NCBI GenBank assembly: GCA_963741955.1
Contig: CAVUKB010000005.1
Coordinates: forward strand, 1,216,001-1,280,000
Length of the DNA stretch: 64,000 bases
Direction of reading: 5' to 3'
From: an uncultured Acidobacteriota bacterium
GTDB lineage: Bacteria; Acidobacteriota; Thermoanaerobaculia; Gp7-AA8
In this document: piece after piece, positions 57,751-64,000 of the stretch
How the letters are laid out: every line of letters starts with the position of its first letter
Position numbering within the stretch: position 1 is the stretch's first letter
Made by a program: the position numbers and the translations under genes
Notes under the pieces: generated by a model
Seen by the model: only the letters and a program-made list of their open reading frames with translations
Databases searched by the model: none
Told to the model about the DNA's origin: nothing

Positions 57751-58757
57751 GAGTTCCCCGGCGGTTCATTCGACTCCTGGCCGGCCTGATCATTTCCGGG
57801 GCCGCCGTATTCGTGGTCGTTCGTGCCGTCTCCGCCCAAGCGCTGATGGAATCATTGCGGACGCTTCATTGGCAGTGGGTGCTTCCGATCCTTCTCGCGA
57901 AGAGTCTCCTGATCGTCTTGAAGTACCATCGCTGGAAAGTCATCCTGCGCTCGAGCTTCCACCGCACCCTCCGTGGCGTCTTTTCCGCCACCACGATCGG
58001 CTATTTCACGAATATGATGATTCCGATGCGACTCGGCGAAATCCTCAGGGCCGGAGTCGTCAGCCGGAAGAATCGGGAAGTGCGGACCCCGGACGTCCTG
58101 GGCACAATCGCCGCCGAAAGGTTGATCGATCTCGCGGTTCTGGTGCTGCTCGCAAGTCTGGTCTCTCCATGGATGGCGATTCCGTCTTCGATGAGGAGGG
58201 GCGCTCTCCTCTTGTTCGGTCTGCTCGGGATCGTGGTCCTAGTCTCGTTGTTGGAGCCGCTCCATGAAAGCGTCGCGGCCCTACTCCCGAGCAATGTCAT
58301 GGGGCGTGGTCTGGCGGTTCTGCTTCGTGCGATGAGCCGAGGGACGGCGATCCTGAGAAGCCCTTCCGGCCTTGCGCTGGCCACGTTCTGGACGGTGATC
58401 ATCTGGTTGGTCGACTCCAGCGCTCTCTACTTTGCAACGAGGACGACCGACGCGGGAATCGGATATCTGCAATCCATCTTCATCATGCTCCTGTTTGCAC
58501 TGGGATTGACGATTCCATCGGCTCCGGCTCAACTCGGGACGCACCAGGCCCTGGCCGTATTTCTCCTCACTCCCTTGGGAGCAACGACGGCTCAGGCAGT
58601 CGCTACTTCGCTCGTTCTGCAGAGTTCAAACCTGATCGTGCTCAGTATCTTCGGAGGGAGCGCGTCGTTTCGTGAAATCAGCCGGTGGCGCCAGAACGAA
58701 GACTATGACGCACTCCCGACGGCGAAAATCTCGGCGGATAAGTCGGGCAATTCATGA
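57747..58757 (+). CDS. Lysylphosphatidylglycerol-synthase TM / flippase-like membrane protein
   Basis: HRWKVIL, NMMIPMRLGEILRA, ERLID and IPSAPAQLGT motifs. GTGA overlap with the GT2 gene. Confidence 0.88.
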   Translation: MRVPRRFIRLLAGLIISGAAVFVVVRAVSAQALMESLRTLHWQWVLPILLAKSLLIVLKYHRWKVILRSSFHRTLRGVFSATTIGYFTNMMIPMRLGEILRAGVVSRKNREVRTPDVLGTIAAERLIDLAVLVLLASLVSPWMAIPSSMRRGALLLFGLLGIVVLVSLLEPLHESVAALLPSNVMGRGLAVLLRAMSRGTAILRSPSGLALATFWTVIIWLVDSSALYFATRTTDAGIGYLQSIFIMLLFALGLTIPSAPAQLGTHQALAVFLLTPLGATTAQAVATSLVLQSSNLIVLSIFGGSASFREISRWRQNEDYDALPTAKISADKSGNS

Positions 58758-59413
58758 CCGATGGCCTCGAACGCGGAGAGCAACTTCGGATCGAGTGAGC
58801 ACATCTGATCGTTCGGGAGCGGTTTGATCAGGTGCCCTCCCGTTTCGACCACGACGAGACCGGCCTCACGAAAATGAGAAGCAAGAATCTCCAGCGTGTA
58901 CATCTCGTGATGTCCGAGCTCATGATCGGTGTGTCCGGCGGCAGCGAGGTCGGCCAGCATCCCCATTCGAACACCCGCTCGCCGATGAAGAGAGCGAGCG
59001 TTCGGAACGATTGCTACGATCTTTCCACCATCCGACAACCACCGCACGACATGGCGCAGGAGCGCCGGAGGATCGCTCACGTGCTCCAGTATGCACGACA
59101 TGACGATCGCGTCGAACCTGTCGTCCCCAGGATCGAACTCCTCGAACTTCGATTGCACTACGTCGACGTTACCGAGTTCGGATACCCGGGCTCGAGTCCG
59201 CTCGACGCGCAAGGCGCTCGCATCGAGCGCGAGAACATGGCTATGGTACTGCGCCAGGTGCCACGTCAGAAGACCGTCGGCACAGCCCAGATCGAGAATC
59301 CTGCCAGGGCTCAGCACCGACTCGAGCGTATTCGCACGGCATTCGATCAATCGTGGCGTGAATCCCTGCGTCTGGTCGTGATGCGCGGCGATGCGTTCAA
59401 GCTCAGAGTTCAT
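58703..59413 (-). CDS. Class I SAM-dependent methyltransferase
   Basis: ILDLGCADG, ILEHVSDP and IVPNA motifs. Confidence 0.9.
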   Translation of the reverse strand: MNSELERIAAHHDQTQGFTPRLIECRANTLESVLSPGRILDLGCADGLLTWHLAQYHSHVLALDASALRVERTRARVSELGNVDVVQSKFEEFDPGDDRFDAIVMSCILEHVSDPPALLRHVVRWLSDGGKIVAIVPNARSLHRRAGVRMGMLADLAAAGHTDHELGHHEMYTLEILASHFREAGLVVVETGGHLIKPLPNDQMCSLDPKLLSAFEAIGHELPDLSAEIFAVGSAS

Positions 59414-60441
59414 TGAGACGGAACTCCAAAAACCGGCTCGACGTCCAGCTGTCGATATTCATGGAGGCCGACTGCCAGACCTTTCGGGGACACCGCATCG
59501 CCAGGTTCCATCCGCAGCGCGCGACGGACGACGAATAGTGGCAGATTCACCCCCGCATTCGTATAGAGCCACGGGCGACCCGCGAGTCTGGGATTGATTT
59601 CCGTCACCTTCGGCTCCCCCGCTGCATCCTCACGTATGTCCACACTGTAGAACCCCGACGGGTTCGGGTCGACCATGAGTACGACGTCGGTCGCCATCTG
59701 CAGGAATCTCTCTGGCTGTACCGTGGCGCAAAACGCAACCTGACCCGAGATTCCGCTTACCGCCGGCTCCGCCAGGAAATAGCGCAGGCGTTCCATCGCC
59801 ACCGAGATCATCAGTTTGCCGTCGGCGTAGACGCCGGTCCAATTGAAGTTCCTGCCCGGCAGATACTCCTGCATCATCCAGCGATCGGCCCGACCTCGAC
59901 TCTGCCAATATCGAATCCACGACAGTGCCTCGTCAGCAGATGCTACCGAGATACTCCCGCGGCCCCCCGGTCCGACCCTGGCCCGCAGCCAGAGCGGAGA
60001 CCCGAGCTGCTCGAATCCCTTCACCACATCCTGATCGTCCGCGATGGGGATCGTCCTGGGAAATGCGCTCGATCCCTTCGCGGCCGACACGGTTTTCGAC
60101 TTGTCGAGACAGACCTCGATCACCGGAGGAGGAGGCAGGGCGTGGCTCGTACTCGGGCGGTAGCTGGTCGCCGCAACGCCTTCCAGTTCCGGGTCCGGGT
60201 TGATGAAGACGAAGTCGATCGAACGTTCCGCGATGACTCGTTCTATCTCCGAGACGAAACCCGAGGCATCGTGATCGGCCCTCGGCAGGGCGACGACTTC
60301 GTCGCACAGCCCGGCCGCGATTCTCCGGCCCCACTCGTTGCCATCGCCACCGATGATTCTGACCGAGGCGTCCCGTCGAAGGCTGCGCGCGACATCGATT
60401 CCGATGCTTCCACCAATCCCCGTTACCAGAACCGAGGTCAT
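59410..60441 (-). CDS. ATP-grasp ligase
   Basis: VLVTGIGG, CLDK, MQEYLPG and TEINPRLAG motifs. Confidence 0.88.
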   Translation of the reverse strand: MTSVLVTGIGGSIGIDVARSLRRDASVRIIGGDGNEWGRRIAAGLCDEVVALPRADHDASGFVSEIERVIAERSIDFVFINPDPELEGVAATSYRPSTSHALPPPPVIEVCLDKSKTVSAAKGSSAFPRTIPIADDQDVVKGFEQLGSPLWLRARVGPGGRGSISVASADEALSWIRYWQSRGRADRWMMQEYLPGRNFNWTGVYADGKLMISVAMERLRYFLAEPAVSGISGQVAFCATVQPERFLQMATDVVLMVDPNPSGFYSVDIREDAAGEPKVTEINPRLAGRPWLYTNAGVNLPLFVVRRALRMEPGDAVSPKGLAVGLHEYRQLDVEPVFGVPSQ

Positions 60442-61910
60442 GAATTCATCTCCAGTGGTACGAAAATCCCGTTCCGCAAGATCGGCACGACTGAATACAG
60501 GTCGGCTTGCGCACAGAATCTCACGTCATCAGCGTACCCGAGTGCCACGAGATTCCGGCCGGAATCCCCTCCGAAAAAGGCAGGTTCGAGGCCGGCTGCG
60601 GTCGGCAATGGTTCTCCGTGCAGACGCGCCTCGGGCATCGAATGGAAGATTTGTCCGGCGGCCAGCGAATCCTCGATCGCCTCGCGGTTTCCTCTCCCCG
60701 CGAGCAGGAGCGTCAGCGGCAGATTGGATTCCAGGGCCAGACGATGCGCCTCTCGCGCCACTGCCGAGGCATTGAGGCTCGATCCGATCAAGATCACAGA
60801 ATTCGGCCCGGCAGCGGTCAAGACGCACTCGATGCAGTTCGTGGTCGTGAGCGTCAGCTCCCGGCCACGATAGTTCTGGTTGAGCAACTCGGTCGGGCTG
60901 TTGCCGTGGTCGACGTTCGGCAGTTTGAAGCCGCCACGCTCGCCCGCTGTCACATCGCCCACACACTCTTCGACCGTCGCGACCGGCCTAACGGATTTCA
61001 TCCCCATGGCCAGCGCGGTGATGATCGTCGCGCTCGCCCTCAACGCGTCGACCACCACGACGACACCTCCGCGCCTTCGCGCTTCCACAGCACCGGTGAC
61101 GCCGACCTCCACGTACACGTGAGCGCCCTTGAGATGGATGTCTGCGAACGTGTCCCCTCGCAGCCCGAACCGCAACGTACCAACCGAAATGGCATCCTCG
61201 GGTGCGATGTTCGCGAGATTGACGTCGGTTCCGAAAGTCTGGATCAACCATACCTGCTGACTCTTGCGGGGTGCCTCGAAAATCAGACTTTCGGTACCGA
61301 ACTTCTCGGTGAGCCGGTGCAGGAGCTCCGTCAGCGGCTTTCCATTCTCGTCGTAGATGCCGACGGTACCCGATTCTCGGGCCTCCAGAATCACCTTCTC
61401 CGAGCCAGCCTCCAGTTCGGCCTGTATCGCTCGAACTCGTTCACCCAGTGTCAGCCGAGCGTCCTCTTGGGGATCTTTCTTGCCGACCTCACTCCACACC
61501 CTGAAGCCCGCCTCCCTCGCACGTTCAATCAGCCTGAGTTTTTCGGATTCCGCCATCGGGTGGACGCCGTTCGAAACTTCGACCAGGTGAAACCCGAGCG
61601 CGCCAGCTTCGGCGAGTAACTGATTCTCTTTACCCTGAGCGTGAGCGACCTCGAGCAAAGTGCCCCCCGTACAGGCGCAGACGCCAGCGGCGGCATAGGC
61701 CTGGATCTTCCTTTCCAGGATTGGCCGAGGGAACATTCTCGAGGTTCCCCATCCGAGCTTGACCACGTCGATCCAGTTCCCTGCCGATGCGACCAGGTCC
61801 TCGACCTGTCCCACGCCGAGCCCTTTGTCCAGAATCGACGTCAAGGCCCTGGTGCGAGGTTTCTCCGGAATTTCTGGATGAGAGATAAAGTCGAAAGCAC
61901 TTCTGGTCAT
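60438..61910 (-). CDS. comA-comB: Fused phosphosulfolactate synthase (ComA) / 2-phosphosulfolactate phosphatase (ComB)
   Basis: ComA half: DKGLG, KLGWGTS, GGTLLE, SEVGKK, EARESG, FEAP, LRFGLRGDTF. ComB half: VDALRASATI, GERGG, GNSP, TTTN, IEDSLAAG. Confidence 0.9.
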   Translation of the reverse strand: MTRSAFDFISHPEIPEKPRTRALTSILDKGLGVGQVEDLVASAGNWIDVVKLGWGTSRMFPRPILERKIQAYAAAGVCACTGGTLLEVAHAQGKENQLLAEAGALGFHLVEVSNGVHPMAESEKLRLIERAREAGFRVWSEVGKKDPQEDARLTLGERVRAIQAELEAGSEKVILEARESGTVGIYDENGKPLTELLHRLTEKFGTESLIFEAPRKSQQVWLIQTFGTDVNLANIAPEDAISVGTLRFGLRGDTFADIHLKGAHVYVEVGVTGAVEARRRGGVVVVVDALRASATIITALAMGMKSVRPVATVEECVGDVTAGERGGFKLPNVDHGNSPTELLNQNYRGRELTLTTTNCIECVLTAAGPNSVILIGSSLNASAVAREAHRLALESNLPLTLLLAGRGNREAIEDSLAAGQIFHSMPEARLHGEPLPTAAGLEPAFFGGDSGRNLVALGYADDVRFCAQADLYSVVPILRNGIFVPLEMNS

Positions 61911-62962
61911 TCGTGGTCCTCCGCAAAATGGAGGCGAACGACTGCACCTCCACGCTGAAGGCTCTTCTGAGCGGCCTCCAGGATCACGACGACATCTCGG
62001 CCGAACTTCGCATCGGACCGCGGCGTCGCATCGTTGCGAATGCAGTCAGCGAAATGGAGGCATTCCTTCCGGAGAGCTTCGGCCTTTTCTATCTTCGGAG
62101 CATACATATCGCCAGTGCGGTACTGGACCAGCGTTCGATAGATTGCTTCGGCTGTCGGGGCGGCATCCACCCCTCGATCGTAGATTCTCAACTTCGTATC
62201 CGGCTCCACGTCATCCCACACCACCATCTTGCGACTGCCTCCGATCATGGTGAGCCTGATCTTGACGGGAGCCAGCCAGTTGACGTGAACGTGCGCGATC
62301 AGACCCGACCGGAAACGAGCCATCAGATACGCAACGCTTTCGTACGAGTGGGATGTGGGATCGACGGGTGTAGCCCCAACCGCGATGATCTCGAATGGTC
62401 GCTCCTCGATCAGGTACAGCATGATGGATAGATCGTGGGGGGCAAGGTCCCAGAGGACGTTGCAATCGTGCTGGAAGAGGCCGAGATTCACACGCACGGA
62501 GTCGAAGTAATAGAGACGACCCAGCTCGCCGCGATCGATCAAGTCACGGATCTTCTCGACCGTACCCGTGTAGAGGAACGTGTGGTCTACGAGCAGCACT
62601 CGGCCCGTCCGCTCGGCGATCCGGGCCAGTTCTTCACACTCCCTGGCGGAATTGGCGAGAGGCTTCTCCACGAGCACGTGTTTACCGCTGAGGAGCGCAT
62701 CACGCGCGAGAGCAGCGTGGGTTGACACCGGCGTCGAGATCGCGACGGCCTCTATCGAAGGGTCTTCGATGATCGCACGAGCATCAGTGGTGACTTTCTC
62801 GATCGAAAACTGCCGCTTCACGAAGTCCAGTCGTTCAGAATCGAGGTCGCAGGCGGCCACGAGACTGAACTCCTGCGCGAAGCTGAAATTGCGGATCAGG
62901 TTCGGCCCCCAATACCCGCAACCGATCACCGCGATCCGGACTGGCGAAAGAATCCCGTTCAT
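61907..62962 (-). CDS. Gfo/Idh/MocA family oxidoreductase
   Basis: IGCGYWGPN, HVLVEKP and WDLAPHD motifs. Confidence 0.93.
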   Translation of the reverse strand: MNGILSPVRIAVIGCGYWGPNLIRNFSFAQEFSLVAACDLDSERLDFVKRQFSIEKVTTDARAIIEDPSIEAVAISTPVSTHAALARDALLSGKHVLVEKPLANSARECEELARIAERTGRVLLVDHTFLYTGTVEKIRDLIDRGELGRLYYFDSVRVNLGLFQHDCNVLWDLAPHDLSIMLYLIEERPFEIIAVGATPVDPTSHSYESVAYLMARFRSGLIAHVHVNWLAPVKIRLTMIGGSRKMVVWDDVEPDTKLRIYDRGVDAAPTAEAIYRTLVQYRTGDMYAPKIEKAEALRKECLHFADCIRNDATPRSDAKFGRDVVVILEAAQKSLQRGGAVVRLHFAEDHE

Positions 62963-62989
62963 GCAGCGGTCCACGATCCCCGGAAGGGA

Positions 62990-64000
62990 TCAGCAAGGGA
63001 CTCCAAAAAATCGCCGGATCTGCTCACATACGTAGTCTACCTGATCGTCCGCGAGGGTTGGAAACATCGGCAGAGAAAGGAGCTGTTCGGCTGCGGATTT
63101 GGCGACCGGGCATGCGTCGAGCGGCAGCGGCTTATCGAGGATCGGTTGGGCGTGTACCGGGTGGGGGTAATGCACAGCCGTTGCGATTTCACTTTTCGCG
63201 AGAAACTCCGCAAGGCGAGACCGTTCGGAGGTGAGAATGACAAACTGGTGATACACCGGTTCGGCGCGGGAATCCTCTTCCAGCATGCGGATCTGGCGGC
63301 ATTCCGCGAGGCCTCGCCGGTATCGGCCTGCGATCACCCTCCGCCGTTCGTTCTGAGCATCCAGTTCCAGAAGCCGGACCCTCAGCACGGCGGCCTGCAA
63401 GGCATCGAGCCGGCTGTTGCAGCCCCACCGGTCGTGCCACGACCGTCCGCTCTGCCCATGATTCCCGAAGTGCCTGATCTCCGAGATCAACCCGGGGCTA
63501 TCGGACGTGACCGCGCCACCATCCCCGAAGCATCCGAGATTCTTCGATGGGTAAAAGCTCCATCCTGCAGCCACGCCGAACGATCCCACCCGCGTTCCGT
63601 TCCATTTCGCTCCCTGGGCCTGGGCGGCGTCTTCCAGATACCAGAGACCGCGCGACTCACAGAAGGTACCGATCGCATCGAGGTCGAAAGGGTGGCCATA
63701 GAGATGAACTCCGACCACTCCCACCGTTCGCTCGCCGACGCATTTCGCGACTTCCTCCGGCGAGATCGTCAAGGAGTCAGGAGCGACGTCCGCGAAGACC
63801 GGGGTCGCGCCGGAGTGGAGAACCGCCTCCACGGTCGCGAAGAAGGTCATGGCCGGGATCACGATCTCGGCGCGAGGACCGGCACCCAACGCGCGAAGCG
63901 AGAGCGTGATGGCATCGGTTCCGTTTGCAACTCCCGCGCAATGGGCGGAACCGATGAAGGATGCGAACTCCGTCTCGAAGGACTCGACCTCGCCGCCGCC
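62990..64000 (-). CDS. DegT/DnrJ/EryC1/StrS sugar aminotransferase (5' end beyond window)
   Basis: Frame is open to base 64000. NGTDAI, VHLYG, EDAAQA, SFYPSKNLG and NSRLD motifs. Confidence 0.95.
   Translation of the reverse strand, partial: GGGEVESFETEFASFIGSAHCAGVANGTDAITLSLRALGAGPRAEIVIPAMTFFATVEAVLHSGATPVFADVAPDSLTISPEEVAKCVGERTVGVVGVHLYGHPFDLDAIGTFCESRGLWYLEDAAQAQGAKWNGTRVGSFGVAAGWSFYPSKNLGCFGDGGAVTSDSPGLISEIRHFGNHGQSGRSWHDRWGCNSRLDALQAAVLRVRLLELDAQNERRRVIAGRYRRGLAECRQIRMLEEDSRAEPVYHQFVILTSERSRLAEFLAKSEIATAVHYPHPVHAQPILDKPLPLDACPVAKSAAEQLLSLPMFPTLADDQVDYVCEQIRRFFGVPC

Noticed and set aside
60438-61910. Coenzyme M biosynthesis or methanogenesis marker
   Set aside because: No comC/comDE or alkene/methane metabolism genes in the window. 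The context is sugar modification.

Overview
High-GC chromosomal window from a diderm bacterium; gene content is reminiscent of Acidobacteriota (inference only). It has about 48 credible coding regions, with both window edges cutting a gene. It contains transport genes (APC permease, RND pair, MacA plus two MacB-type permeases with no ATPase, AI-2E), a two-subunit M16 peptidase, an mddA-like methyltransferase with a divergent TetR, and an arsenic locus (arsS-type radical SAM, AhpD-like partner, ArsR, ArsP, small thioredoxin, ArsC, plus a TIGR04283-type GT2 7 kb away). It also has moaC/mobA, c-di-GMP and two-component signalling genes, iscS-like, pcnB, lepB and pruA, and a surface-glycan modification cluster at the right end. 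No rRNA, tRNA, transposase, integrase or CRISPR array is supported. Most notable: (1) a ComA-ComB (sulfolactate synthesis) fusion inside an amino-sugar / ATP-grasp / GT2 / flippase / GT-C cluster, suggesting an undescribed sulfolactyl-amino-sugar surface modification pathway; (2) a DedA gene split by two different ~165-180 bp hairpin elements with perfect 23-bp terminal inverted repeats and a shared CACC apical loop, whose removal restores one intact ORF; (3) an 8-copy, ~1.65 kb mosaic array of REP-like hairpin units; (4) a perfect 18-bp palindrome that looks like a symmetric bidirectional leaderless promoter; (5) a 21-unit heptamer VNTR abutting a strong promoter for an outer-membrane protein gene. 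All protein calls come from motif recognition by eye, not database searches.
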